The position numbers were made by a program, and so were the translations under genes. The notes under the pieces were generated by a model, which was not told the DNA's origin, made no database searches, and saw only the letters and a list, made by a program, of their open reading frames with translations. DNA of 64,000 nt, taken from Macrostomum hystrix (lineage: Eukaryota; Animalia; Platyhelminthes). Below, in pieces: positions 13,425 through 27,400 of this stretch. Every line of letters starts with the position of its first letter. The stretch's first letter is position 1. The stretch is from contig CATNEN010000030.1 in the NCBI GenBank assembly GCA_950097015.1, positions 3,348,001-3,412,000 on the forward strand, in the 5' to 3' direction.

Positions 13425-16400
13425 ATGAAGCTGCTGTTTCTTGTAGCCTGCGTTGGCTTGGCCGGTAAGCAGCGAGTCTGGAAATATTTTTATATTTCTA
13501 CTTAAAGTAGAGCAGTTAGTGAATTGTTATCTAAATATTATCGCAATCATTTTTGCAGCTTCGGCCAGCCTGCCGCCGGCCAGTCAGCTGCGCGCCAGCA
13601 CGCCGCGCCAGGTGGAATACCAGTACGATGCCCAGATTGGTAGCGGCATCGAGGAGGTCAGCGGCCAGTTCAGCACCGTCCGGATGCGCTTCCGCGTCCA
13701 GATGCGAACCAGCGGCGAGTTGGAGTCCGGCGCCGAGAAATGGACAATCGAATTCACGGAGGTCAGCCTGCGTCAGAGGAACAACGCCACCGAGCAGCTG
13801 CCAAAGGTGCTGCTGCCGATGGCCGAGTTCCGCAACCTGGAGGACCCAGAGCTCTGGAGCCAGGTGGAGCGAGCGCTCAAGAAGCCGTTCGCTGTCCTGA
13901 TGCGACCGCGCGAGCTCAAGGTGGCCAAGGTGCTGTTCAACGATGCCGATCCGTTCTGGAGCGTCAACATCAAGAAGGGCTTCCTGGGCCTGCTGCAGGT
14001 CGACTTCATTCCGAAGGACGCGTCCAGCGCCGACCTTGAGAACGGACAGTGGACCAAGGAGCAGGACGAGGTGAGTCCCGGTGTCGCAAGTTAAAATTCC
14101 TTGATACCTGCACCATGATATCCACGAATTTTACCAAGATAAATGTTATTCACGCCGTTCGATTTCAGCTGAACACCGCTGCTCTCTGCAAGACCTTCTA
14201 CACAGTCGACAAGGTGGAATACCACGAGTCTGACTCGCAAATCTACCGCGTCGCCAAAGCCATCGACTTCAACAACTGCCGCAATCCGATTGACGGCCAG
14301 CGCGGCCTCGCCGCCATGTGGAACGGCCTTCGTCATCACGACAGCCTGCCTGGCCAGGAAAGCCAAGACCTCGTCAGCGTCAGCAACACGGCCCAGTACC
14401 TGGTGGACATGGGAGGCGACCGACTCACTCCGCTGGTTACAAAGGCCTGGGCCCGCACCGTGCACATCATGTCCCCGAACAGCGACTCCACTCACGGCAG
14501 CGAGAAGGTCTTTTCTGTGTAAGCTGTTGGCTAAGGCCCTAAGTTCGAGTCCTGAAACCAGTAAAAAATCAACGCTCTGTGTAACTATTGCTTATGGCTT
14601 GTGGACTTGAGAGTCAATTACCTATAAAAATACCTTCTTGCACTTTCCAGGCAGAAGCTGAAGCTGCTGAGCAGCGGTCCCATCTCCAGTTCGGAGGCCC
14701 AAACCGAGGAAGCCCTGACCGAGGAGCCGGAAGGCCTGCGCCTGACCTACCCACAGGAGGCTAAGAATGTTGATCGGGAGGCCTTGCTAGCTGAGGTCGC
14801 GCGTCAGTTCCGCGGCCTCTGGAAGGCCGGCAGCAGCAGCCGCAGCGAGATCGACGCTCGCGCCTACGAGCAGATCATCCGAGTCCTGCGCCTCCACCTG
14901 AAACGCGTCGAAGATCTAGAATCCGTGGCCCAGCGCGTTCGCGAACAGCCGGAGAAGCGCCGCGCCCTGCGCGCCTTCGTCATGGACATTTGCCCCCAGG
15001 TGGCCACGCACGGTTCCGTCCAGTTTTTGATGCGCATTGTGAAGGCCCTAGCCAGGACCGGCAGCGAAGGCTCCGCCGCTGGAATCGCTGAAGAGGCCGG
15101 CCTCACCGTATACCACATCCCGGCCATCTTCGCCAAGCTCAGCATGACCAGCCGTGTGCAGCTGCGCACCCTGCGCGATGTGCTCGACACTGTCAAATCC
15201 GAGGAGTTCCGCGCCAAGCTCATGACCGAGGAGCGCATGCCGATCTTCTCCGCCGCCTGGCTGAGCCTCGGCGCCATGGTGAATGTCTACTACGGTCGAC
15301 AGGGTGGCGTGGAGCCCTACCTGCAGCCGCTGTCCGACACCGCCGCCGCCGCTCCTTGGTGGGAGGCTCGCCGCGCTCACGCCGTCAGCTCAGAAGAGTT
15401 CCGTCGCGAGTTTCTAGAACAGGTAGCCAAGGGTCTGTGGCGCACCGACGCCGGTCGCAGCCTGGCCATGAAGGTGGCCAAGAACTGCGGCCTGTTCGAG
15501 CTGTATGATCAGCTGGGCCCCATCATCCGCAGCCGCGACGCCCGCAAAACTGCCGAGCGCGTGCAGGCCGTCTACGCCACTCAAAACATTCTCCGGCGAA
15601 ATAGCTTGTCGCGCATCACCAGTGAGGACGCCAGGAGCATCGCCGAAGAGGAAAAGTACATCCTCGACGACAGCGAGCACAAGCGCCACTTCGAGCGGAT
15701 CAACAGCCGCATTCAGGCCGACTTGATCGCCTGTTTCCGCAATCCTCGCGAAGATCCCGAGCTGAGGATCGCCTGCTACCGGGTCCTGATGCAGTGCCCG
15801 ATTGTCAAGCAGAGCGTTCTGAACATGCTGATCCAGGCCATCCTTAGCGAGCCAACTCAGCAGGTGTACTCCTACTGCGTCAGCCACCTCGGCCAGATTG
15901 CCAGCAGCCCGCTGCCGCGCTACCACCGCGTCCGCCAGACTGTCCGCTCCGCTTTGTCGATGCTGCAGCGCCGAGAGCCGATGGAGCAGGTCCACAGCCG
16001 GGTCTTCCACGGCCAGCTGTGGGACGAGCTGCACAAGCTGGGCCTCACTATTGAGACAGACATGATCGTCTCGGACAAGTCCTTCGTGCCGCGCTGGAGC
16101 CACATCAAGATCGACCACCAGGCCATGGGCAAGAATGTGCCAGCTATGGAGATCTCTGTGCGCACCCAGGGCCTGCAGAGCCTGCTCGAGAAGGTCTTTG
16201 GCCCACGCGGCCTCATCTACCAGTCCGGCAGCTTTGCTAAGCTGCTCAAGCGCGCCGGTCGGAGCCTTGACGCCACCGTGGACACCGAGCTGCTCGACAT
16301 CGTGCCAAGGATGCTGGCTGAGGTGCCCAGCATGGATCTCACTGTCGCCCTCATGGGATACGACGTCATCTATGTGAAGAACAGCCGCGAGATGACTAGC

Positions 16401-19400
16401 TCCTCTGAGCAGCTGAAGGCCAAGACAGTCAAGATGATGCTGAGCAGCCTCGGCAACATTCTGAAGCCGTTCGGTGGTCTGTTCTCCATCAGCGCCAACT
16501 ACGAGCTGCCAACCCCCGCCGGCGCCATTCTGGATCTCAACTGCTTTATGACGCTCGACTTCTGGCCGAAGGTGACCATTCAGTCCCAGGTGACGGATAA
16601 CAAGGCCAGGTACCACGTCAAGGCCTCTCTGCCTCTGGTTGTCAAGGGCTTCAAGAGATTCGGCAGCAACATGCACGTCCTGAACCACTACCACCAGTGG
16701 CTGACAACTCTGACGGTTCTCAAGCAGTCTAGCCAGGAGTTTGTCATTGAGATGGACTTCTCCAGCCCGAAGCAGCACACTTTCAGCCTCCTGCTTTCCG
16801 CTCCGGGCTCGAAGTCGCCGATTGTGCAGTTCAAAAACGCCGTCTATTCGACCTTCACCGAGACCAGCATCCAGTCTGGCAGGGTCAGGATCACCAGCAA
16901 GAACGTCACTCTGGTGCACAGGCAGATTCAGCAGCAGAAGTTGGCCGACTTCAGCCCGCTCCTGAGCAACCTGCTGGCTCCCTTCGGCTACAAACTGCAG
17001 GTGCAGGGCAAGCACCGCTCCATCGCTGACGTCTACGAGGCTCCGTGCAGCCTGCTGTCCGGCCCTGCCGAGTACACCGTGTACCTGAAGCCTACGGCTG
17101 AAGAAGAGACCGAACGCTCCGTGTTTATCAGCAGCAAACTGGAAGTCGTCTACCCGGAGGAGGAAGACTCCGCCGCCACCATCAAGCCGCCGCAGATGCG
17201 CCTGCAGATCAACAACGTGCGCGTCCAGAGTGACAGCAGCGAGACCATAAAGCAGCGTCTGCTGAGTGCCAGCTTCGAGCCGCGCGAATGGACCGCCTCT
17301 CGACGGACTTTCCGCTGCAGCATTCGCTACCACCTCGGCCTGCCTTCAAGCTACCGCGCCAGCGGCTACCAGCTGACCATCGACGGCAAGGTTGACATGC
17401 CCGAGGACCTGCCCATGACGCCCAGGAGTCTGCCGCTGAGCTCAGCCGAGTGGTTCAACGACAGACGTCTTCGCATTGAGCTGAGCATCAACGACGAGGA
17501 GTCCCAGGTTGCCACCATTGAGGTGAGCATGTCTGCCAACCCCGAGCTGAAGAAGCTGCTAGTTGACTCCGTACTCACTGAAGACCAGATGAAGAAGATG
17601 TTCCCGCGCATGGCTGCCTGCCTGAACGAGTCCTGGAAGAGCGTCCGGGAGGAGCCGCTGAACGCCAATCCGCTTTTCACGCCAAGCTGCATCCGTCAGT
17701 TCAAGAAGTTCAACAAGCTGAGCCAGATCGAAGTCGAGATCGCCAACTCTGCGCGCTGGTTCATGAATCCGGAAAACAGCCCGCTGCTTAGCGCCATCAT
17801 CCAGAAGACCAAGGACTACCTGCAGCCCTACCTGGCCATCAGTGAGACCAGCAGGACCAGCGAGAACAAGATCAAGATCGTCTCCCGTCCGTCCCCTGTC
17901 GACGTTCGCGTTCTACACCTGAACGTCACCTGCCCGCACGAAAGGAACGTCTGGCGCTCTATCCAGCTGCCGGCCGTCCCGTTCACCTGGGCCGGCGTTG
18001 TGCCCATCGCCACATCAGCTTTGGACTACGCCAAGGGCGGCAGGACCAAGTGCAGCCTGTTGCACTCGCACGTCAAAACTTTCGACGATGTCGCCTACAG
18101 CATTCCGAAGAGCCTGTTCAACCGCATTGCTGACAACCAGTGCCCAATCCTGCTAGCCAAGGACTGCTCCAATGCCAAGGAGTTCCAGGTGCTGGCTCAA
18201 ATCAAGAATGGCAAGAAGTACATCACTCTGCACCTCAACACCGAGGTCAGCCGTCCGTTTGTTGTCGAGCTGAGCAAGCCAATCAACAGCGACCAGGCCA
18301 AGTCTACCGTGAAAGTCAACGGCGCTGAGGTGGAGCACAGCGAGGAGCCACGTGAGGAGGTCGAGATCTATAAGCGCACAGTCAGCACCGAGAAAGGCCC
18401 AGTGACAGTTTCAATCCGCAAGTATCACTACGCCGGCACCATCATGTACCTCGTCAGCAGCCAGCAGCACCAGGTCAGCCTGCTGGCCGGTGGTAACAAG
18501 CTGCGCACCGTTGAGATTCGCGTCTCGCCATTCTACCGCAACCGCGTCTGCGGCCTCTGTGGCGACTACAATGGAGAGAAGTTCCGCGAGTTCAAGGGAC
18601 CCAACTACCACCGGGTGGCCGCCTCCGATAAGAAGATGGTGGAGCAGTACATCCTGCCAGTCTCGGACAGTTGCCGCATGGACCAGCCCGACAGATCCGA
18701 GACTGACAGCGGCGAGTGGAGCCAGCCGAGCCAGCGCTCCTACTGGTCCTCCGACATGCCCAGGAGGCGCCCCAGCTGCCAGATCGTTGCCGGCAAGAAA
18801 GTGAAGACATTCAAGCACGCCGAGTTCGAGCTGATGTCCCCGGCGCTGAAGCAGGTTATTCAAGACACCGTGTGCGCGGTCAAGCTGGCGGTGGCCAAGA
18901 TCGGCGACAGGCGGGTGCGCGTTTACATGCAATCCAGCAGCAGCGAGGTCCTGATCAAGATCGGCAGCGACTACGAGCAGCGCCTGTCGCTCGCATCGCC
19001 GGCTTCCTCTGAACAGACGGACTCCGGCCTGCCCGCCGGAATGACCGCCAGACTGGAGAAGCGCGGCTCCCAGGCCGAGCTGAAGTTGGAGAAGGCCGGC
19101 AGCCAGATGCTGGTCAAGATCTCTAGCAACCAGAAGGTAGTCATCAAGGCCAGCGACTTGGACGAGAGTGAGGACGCCATCTGTGAGCTGACTCACCTAT
19201 CTCAGATGTCCCAGTCTGACAGCAGCAGCGACAGCCTCTTCGAGAGCCTGAAGAAGTTCACAAACGTCGAGGAGAACTCAGTCTGCCGTGAGCAGCTGAA
19301 GCGCCGCCTGTACCAGTGCCGCGTATCGACCGACCGAGTCCAGCCGTTCCACATGCCCGGTCAGTCCGACTGGTGGCAGCCCCGCTTCCTGGACGAAGAG

Positions 19401-19988
19401 CTGCTCAACCGTCTGATCGAGTTGCAGGTCCCGCTAATCCTCAGCGCCGACCAGATCGCCCAGGACGCCGCCGTCTACAGCGTCCAGCTGATGCACGAGC
19501 GTCCCGCTGGTGCCGCCTCCAGCATGCGGCTGATCCGACACGTCCTACTAAAGAAGGACCGCCTCACCCTGGCCAAGATCAGCCTCGACGCCAACCGAGT
19601 AAGCGTCACCTACCTTCGCGATGGCGCCGAGCACCGTCTGGATAGTCCGGCCGAGGTCAACGTTGACAACAACTTCCGCCTGTCTGTCAGCAGCCAGCGA
19701 GTCAGCCTGACGCATCTGAGCCGCCTGTACCAGCTGGAGGTCAAGCCGTTGACCACCATGCCGGAGGTGACCATCGTGCGGCCGTACGCTCACCAGAGCC
19801 AAGCCCGCAGCGGCCTGTGCCAAGCCAACCAGCTTCCTGAGGTGCGCGAGCACCACGACAACCCGCGCGCCGTCCTAGCCGGCGTCATCCGCGCCGGCCT
19901 GCGCTCTGGCCCGTCGGCGATGCTGAGCGAAGCCGAGATCGGCCGGGTCAGCCGCCTGCTCAGCAACATGGAGCGTCAGGACAACTAA
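13425..19988 (+). CDS. Vtg: Vitellogenin-like large lipid transfer protein, 2079 aa. Exons 13425-13464, 13559-14070, 14169-14518, 14651-19988
   Basis: Signal peptide MKLLFLVACVGLAASAS; Vitellogenin_N-like start (VEYQYDAQIGSGI; DPFWSVNIKKGFLGLLQV); helical domain (DPELRIACYRVLMQCP...EPTQQVYSYCVSHL); SDKSFVPR and RTQGLQSLLEKVFGPRG; vWD (CSLLHSHVKTFDDVAY...RVCGLCGDYNGE). Exon lengths sum to 6240 nt with one terminal stop. Vtg versus apolipophorin-type LLTP is not resolved. Confidence 0.85.
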
Positions 19989-20811
19989 TTGACCTGAAAT
20001 CCCCGACATTGCAGAAATCTTCCCGACCGGATTGCTTGGAAACCGTCTTAACTGCCTGTAGAGTATTTATTATCTATCACGAATGTCACCTGCGCTGTTA
20101 GATGGGTCCAATGAAAACATTTTCTATTCCGACTTTCATGATTGTGTTTTTAAGCGAAAACTTTTTTGTCATGGACTTTTGCGTAATATAGCAATAGCAA
20201 CACTATACAAGCGTTAAAGGAGATGCATTAATAATTTTATCAAGCCTGGCTTTGGATTCTGTCTCTAAAACGAGTTACTTCAGTCCGGAACAAGACCTGA
20301 ATTGTGTGACCCAAGTTTAAAAAATTCAACTAGTTTAAATTACTTCTTTCAGATTTTTTAACGTAATACTCGCAATTGACAGAGTAACACAATATATACT
20401 TTTCTTTCAATTTTATATCAATAAAAAACTGGCTTGCATCGAACAGATTAACACAATTATTCTTTAGTAAATTAGGACATTTTCGATCTACTAAATTGCA
20501 AAAAATTATCTGTGAAGTAAAAGAGTAAAAGAGTTTGCTTTCCTTTTTATTTTTTATTGTCCTTCAAACATTTCCTTTACTTTTTCTCGTTGAAGTTTAA
20601 AATTGAAAAAAAAACATGTTCAAAACTACACAAAAAATATTTCACGTAGAAGTCAGTAGAGGCACAACCAAGCAGCAAAAAAAGTGAACTTTTTGAGCAC
20701 ATGAAACCATCGCAGAAAGTGAATAATTTAAAGCTGCTGAATATCAAAAGGAATTAAAAATGTGCGCCAAAAGCTGGAAGCATCAGTGAGACATATCGGG
20801 TACTCTAATGA

Positions 20812-20948
20812 GTAAATTATATTTATTATTATATTATATAATTATAATTATATTATAATTATTATAATTATATTATTATATTATAATTATATTATAATTA
20901 TTATATTATAATTATTATAATTATATTATTAATTATATTATATTTATT
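20812..20948. repeat. AT-only low-complexity repeat (ATTATATTATAATT-like)
   Basis: Read directly. Confidence 0.9.
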
Positions 20949-21402
20949 GTATAAGTGAGGATCGAGTCTACATTTATCCAATTATTTTTATCATTAAAGA
21001 AATGTTTCTAGCCATATCCGTTATTTTTCAAGAAAAGCTGTAAAACAAATTGTTTAACTTAAAAAGAAAATTAATGAAAATGCAAACAGGGAACATACGA
21101 TTCTTCTCGTGGAAAATGTTGTTTACAAGCTGTTAAGCGACGGCTAGAGGGCGTTGACAAAACCTGTTTTATAACAGTAAAGTACGAATCGAGGCTACAA
21201 ACAACGAGTATTAAGTTAATTATTAAGGCCTGCTGCATGAGTATAGGTATCTTGCCTATTTGCTAGTCGAAGACATGCGTACTCAGATACGAGTGTACTC
21301 TAACTACTAGCTGTACATAAGTGATTTCCCTAGATACAAAAAACAACCATAAAATCTCAGGTCAGGAAGGGTTTCCGATTTGATTCACAGCAGCTCAACT
21401 GC

Positions 21403-24400
21403 TCAAGCTGTGCCGCTCTCCTTAAGCAGCTTCTCAGTCTCCTGCTCCTGTGCCATCTTGCGAGCCTTGCGCGACTTGCGGGCGGCTAGCTTCTCCTGGA
21501 AGAAATTAAGAGTTCAGTGACTAGCGATCCATTCTGCTCCTTCATCCATGGGCTAGACTAGCAATCCATTCTGCTCCTTCATCCATGGGCTAGACTAGCA
21601 ATCCATTCTGCTCCTTCATCCATGGGCTAGACTAGCGATCCATTCTGCTCCTTCATCCATGAGCTAGACTAGCAATCCATTCTATTCCTTCATCAATGGG
21701 ATAGACTAGCAATCCATTCTATTCCTTCATCCATGGGCTAGACTAGCAATCCATTCTATTCCTTCATCCATGAGCTAGACTAGCAATCCATTCTATTCCT
21801 TCATCCATGAGCTAGACTAGCAATCCATTCTATTCCTTCATCAATGGGCTAGACTAGCAATCCATTATATTCATTCATCCATGAGGCTAGACTAGCAATC
21901 CATTCTATTCCTTCATCCATGAGCTAGACTAGCAATCCATTCTATTCCTTCATCCATGAGCTAGACTAGCAATCCATTCTATTCCTTCATCCATGAGCTA
22001 GACTAGCAATCCATTCTATTCCTTCATCCATGGGCTAGACTAGCAATGCATTCTATTCCTTCATCCATGAGCTAGACTAGCAATCCATTCTATTCCTTCA
22101 TCCATGAGCTAGACTAGCAATGCATTCTATTCCTTCATCCATGAGCTAGACTAGCAATCCATTCTATTCCTTCATCCATGGGCTAGACTAGCAATCCATT
22201 ATATTCATTCATCCATGAGGCTAGACTAGCAATCCATTCTATTCCTTCATCCATGGGCTAGACTAGCAATCCATTATATTCATTCATCCATGAGCTAGAC
22301 TAGCAATCCATTCTATTCCTTCATCCATGAGCTAGACTAGCAATCCATTCTATTCCTTCATCCATGAGCTAGACTAGCAATCCATTCTATTCCTTCATCA
22401 ATGGGCTAGACTAGCAATCCATTATATTCATTCATCCATGAGGCTAGACTAGCAATCCATTCTATTCCTTCATCCATGAGCTAGACTAGCAATCCATTCT
22501 ATTCCTTCATCCATGAGCTAGACTAGCAATCCATTCTATTCCTTCATCCATGAGCTAGACTAGCAATCCATTCTATTCCTTCATCCATGTGCTAGACTAG
22601 CAATGCATTCTATTCCTTCATCCATGAGCTAGACTAGCAATCCATTCTATTCCTTCATCCATGAGCTAGACTAGCAATGCATTCTATTCCTTCATCCATG
22701 AGCTAGACTAGCAATCCATTCTATTCCTTCATCCATGGGCTAGACTAGCAATCCATTCTATTCCTTCATCCGAGCACACTATTGACTCACCTGGAGTCCC
22801 TGCTCCACGCGAGCTCTGTTGAGCTCCTGGGCTCGCTGATATTCCTCCTTGTCGATCTCGTACTGCTTTTTGATTGAGTCGATGTCACCTAACAATTTGC
22901 ACCGCAAAAAAAGGAATTTTTAATAAAAAATAACAACAGAAATCAAATCGATGCTATTATATTACTTCTAGTAGTATTGTGCTTCACAACTCACCGAACA
23001 GCTGTTCCTGACTCGGTGGTGGAGCCAAATCCTTCAGCGAGACCACGTCAATCTTCGGCATGTTCTCCACGGCAGGAGGCTGCGGCGGTCTAGTCGGCTC
23101 CTCCTGCTTCGGCTCCTTCTCCGGACTGCTGCCACCGTCCACCGAGTCCATTCCGGCGGACTCCGCAACTGCGGATTTTTCTTTCCTGCGCTCTCTCTTA
23201 TCCCTCTTCCTGTCTTTACGCCTGTCCTTCTTCGTAGAGCCAGTCACCACCGGGGTCTCGATGGTTATTCCATGGCCAGGCAGCTGCTGTTCGAAGCCCT
23301 CCGGTTGCACAACCTGAACATTCTTCATGAGCTTCTGCATCTCCTCCTGGTTGAGGCTCTCCAATTGTTCTTGCAGGCGGCGGGCGTCAGTTAGATTGCC
23401 GTCTGAAAACAACAGGAATCGGCAGGAAAAAGCAACCAATCAGAGGCTTGATATGATCAAACAACCAATCAGTGGATCGATAAGAATCAGCAACCAATCA
23501 GAGGTTTGGTATGATCAAACAACCAATCAGTGGATCGATAAGATTCAGCAACCAATCAGAGGCTTGATATGATCAAACAACCAATCAGTGGATCGATAAG
23601 AATCAGCAACCAATCAGAGGCTTGATATGATCAAACAACCAATCAGTGGATCGATAAGATTCAGCAACCAATCAGAGGCTTGATATGATCAAGCAACCAA
23701 TCAGTGGATCGATAAGATTCAGCAACCAATCAGAGGTTTGGTATGATCAAACAACCAATCAGTGGATCGATAAGAATCAGCAACCAATCAGAGGCTTGAT
23801 ATGATCAAACAACCAATCAGTGGATCGATAAGATTCAGCAACCAATCAGAGGTTTGGTATGATCAAACAACCAATCAGTGGATCGATAAGAATCAGCAAC
23901 CAATCAGAGGCTTGATATGATCAAACAACCAATCAGTGGATCGATAAGATTCAGCAACCAATCAGAGGTTTGGTATGATCAAACAACCAATCAGTGGATC
24001 GATAAGAATCAGCAACCAATCAGAGGCTTGATATGATCAAACAACCAATCAGTGGATCGATAAGATTCAGCAACCAATCAGAGGTCTGGTATGATCAAAC
24101 AACCAATCAGTGGATCGATAAGATTCAGCAACCAATCAGAGGTTTGGTATGATCAAACAACCAATCAGTGGATCGATAAGATTCAGCAACCAATCAGAGG
24201 TTTGGTATGATCAAACAACCAATCAGTGGATCGATAAGATTCAGCAACCAATCAGAGGTTTGGTATGATCAAACAACCAATCAGTGGATCGATAAGATTC
24301 AGCAACCAATCAGAGGTTTGGTATGATCAAACAACCAATCAGTGGATCGATAAGATTCAGCAACCAATCAGAGGTTTGGTATGATCAAACAACCAATCAG

Positions 24401-27400
24401 TGGATCGATAAGATTCAGCAACCAATCAGAGGTTTGGTATGATCAAACAACCAATCAGTGGATCGATAAGATTCAGCAACCAATCACAGGATCTATAATA
24501 TCTAACAACCAATCAGTGGATCGATAAGCTTCAGCAACCAATCAGAGGACCGATCAAGCAGGAATGCTGAACTCACCCTCGTCCAGCCCAGCCTCGGCCG
24601 CAGCCTCGGTGCCAAGCAGCTCCTCCAGCTTCTGCTTGATGAGCCGAACTCGCTCAGTGCGAAGCAGGCGCTTCTTCTCAAACAGCTCCTCGGTGGCTGA
24701 CAGCAGGTCGCGGTCAATGGTCTTGTCAATTACCTGATTTCGCATTTTTTGGCTGTTTATTTAAGTTTTGTTCTTACAGGTTTTCATTGAGCAATTTAAA
24801 ACAAAAGCCGCTAATCGTGCCAAAGGTCTCAGTTATTTTTCGAAACCCCCTTACCGTGTCGAACCACTGCAGCAAGGCACCGGAGCGCTGGTACATGGCC
24901 CGGTAGACCAACATGGCGTGCATGTGCCTGTCCGGTGTGGCCACATCCGTGAACACATTGCTAGTGGCTCGCTCCAGGGTGACCACCTGCAGTGGAAGGC
25001 CAGTTCCGGCTGCTCATTGTGCCTTGTGCGATTCTAGCTACTGTACCTGGTGCGATTCTAGCTGAAGTGCCTGGTGCGATTTTAGCTGAAGTGCCTGGTG
25101 CGATTCTAGCTACTGTGCCTGGTGCGATTCTAGCTACTGTGTCTGGTGCGATTCTAGCTGAAGTGCCTGGTGCGATTCTAGCTACTGTGCCTGGTGCGAT
25201 TTTAGCTGAAGTGCCTGGTGCGATTTTAGCTGAAGTGCCTGGTGCGATTTTAGCTGAAGTGCTTGGTGCGATTCTAGCTACTGTGCCTGGTGCGATTCTA
25301 GCTACTGTGCCTGGTGCGATTCTAGCTGAAGTGCCTGGTGCGATTCTAGCTACTGTGCCTGGTGCGATTCTAGCTACTGTGCCTGGTGCGATTCTAGCTG
25401 AAGTGCCTGGTGCGATTCTAGCTACTGTGCCTGGTGCGATTCTAGCTACTGTGCCTGGTGCGATTCTAGCTGAAGTGCCTGGTGCAATTTTAGCTGAAGT
25501 GCCTGGTGCAATTTTAGCTGAAGTGCCTGGTGCGATTCTAGCTACTGTGCCTGGTGCGATTTTAGCTGAAGTGCCTGGTGCGATTTTAGCTGAAGTGCCT
25601 GGTGCGATTTTAGCTGAAGTGCTTGGTGCGATTCTAGCTACTGTGCCTGGTGCGATTCTAGCTACTGTGCCTGGTGCGATTCTAGCTGAAGTGCCTGGTG
25701 CGATTCTAGCTACTGTGCCTGGTGCGATTCTAGCTACTGTGCCTGGTGCGATTCTAGCTGAAGTGCCTGGTGCGATTCTAGCTACTGTGCCTGGTGCGAT
25801 TCTAACTACTGTGCCTGGTGCGATTCTAGCTACTGTGCCTGGTGCGATTCTAGCTACTGTGCCTGGTGCGATTTTAGCTGAAGTGCCTTGTGCGATTTTG
25901 GCTACTGTGCCTGGTGCGATTCTGGCTACTGTGCCTGGTGCGATTCTAGCTGAAGTGCCTGGTGCGATTCTAGCTACTGTGCCTGGTGCGATTTTAGCTG
26001 CAGTGCCTGGTGCGATTTTAGCTGAAGTGCCTGGTGCGATTCTAGCTACTGTGCCTGGTGCGATTCTAGCTACTGTGCCTGGTGCGATTTTAGCTGAAGT
26101 GCCTGGTGCGATTCTAGCTACTGTGCCTGGTGCGATTCTAGCTGAAGTGCCTGGTGCGATTTTAGCTACTGTGCCTGGTGCGATTCTAGCTACTGTGCCT
26201 GGTGCGATTCTAGCTGAAGTGCCTGGTGCGATTTTAGCTGAAGTGCCTGGTGCGATTCTAGCTACTGTGCCTGGTGCGATTCTAGCTACTGTGCCTAGTG
26301 CGATTCTAGCTACTGTGCCTGGTGCGATTCTAGCTACTGTGCCTGGTGCGATTCTAGCTGAAGTGCCTGGTGCGATTCTAGCTACTGTGCCTGGTGCGAT
26401 TTTAGCTGAAGTGCCTTGTGCGATTCTAGCTACTGTGCCTGGTTCGATTCTAGCTACTGTGCCTGGTGCGATTTTAGCTGAAGTGCCTGGTGCGATTCTA
26501 GCTACTGTGCCTGGTGCGATTCTAGCTACTGTGCCTGGTGCGATTTTAGCTGCAGTGCCTGGTGCGATTCTAGCTACTGTGCCTGGTGCGATTCTAGCTG
26601 AAGTGCCTGGTGCGATTCTAGCTACTGTGCCTGGTGCGATTCTAGCTACTGTGCCTGGTGCGATTTTAGCTGAAGTGCCTGGTGCGATTCTAGCTACTGT
26701 GCCTGGTGCGATTCTAGCTACTGTGCCTGGTGCTATTCTAGCTACTGTGCCTGGTGCGATTCTAGCTAGTGTGCCTGGTGCGATTCTAGCTACTGTGCCT
26801 GGTGCGATTCTAGCTACTGTGCCTGGTGCGATTCTAGCTACTGTGCCTGGTGCGATTCTAGCTACTGTGCCTGGTGCGATACTAGCTACTGTGCCTGGTG
26901 CGATTCTAGCTACTGTGCCTGGTGCGATTCTAGCTACTGTGCCTGGTGCGATTCTAGCTACTGTGCCTGATTCTACTGATTCTAGCTATCAACTCTCCTA
27001 CGTCTTGACTTAGCGGTAGGGAGCCTCCATGACGGACGCAGCGAGGAGGCGAACTCTCCTACGACTCCTGCTTCGATTCCATCACTGGTTTCAATCAGAT
27101 ATCTAGCTACGATTCCTGCTTCAATTCAATCAAGAGTTTCAATCCGATATCGAGCTACAGCTTCTCTATTTCCTACGAAGCTATAGTCAACTCCTAGCTC
27201 GCCGTCTGAGTGTCTCACCTCGTCCAGCCGGCAGTATGGAAAGTCGATGCCCTTCAGGTAGTTCTGACTGTTGCGCAGGTTGGCGCAGGCGGCCACCAGG
27301 TAGTTGCGCGTCTCCGTAGCGATTGCGTAACGTTGCTGCATCTCGCTGCAAGTGTAAAATGATCGACACACTGTGAGCCGAGAACTTGGCGAGAACTTGA

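Noticed and set aside
15414-19645. Long antisense and alternative-frame ORFs over the vitellogenin exon (e.g. 15414-17333, 639 aa), and likewise over the P450
   Set aside because: Expected shadow ORFs from GC3-rich codon usage; no recognisable domains.
24992-27013. 673-aa (VPGAILAT)n ORF
   Set aside because: A 24-bp tandem repeat inside an intron of the minus-strand gene, whose flanking exons join in phase without it.
27010-27060. GC-rich stretch that could be an extra exon of the coiled-coil gene
   Set aside because: No good donor site, and exons 27219-27345 and 24855-24986 already join in frame.
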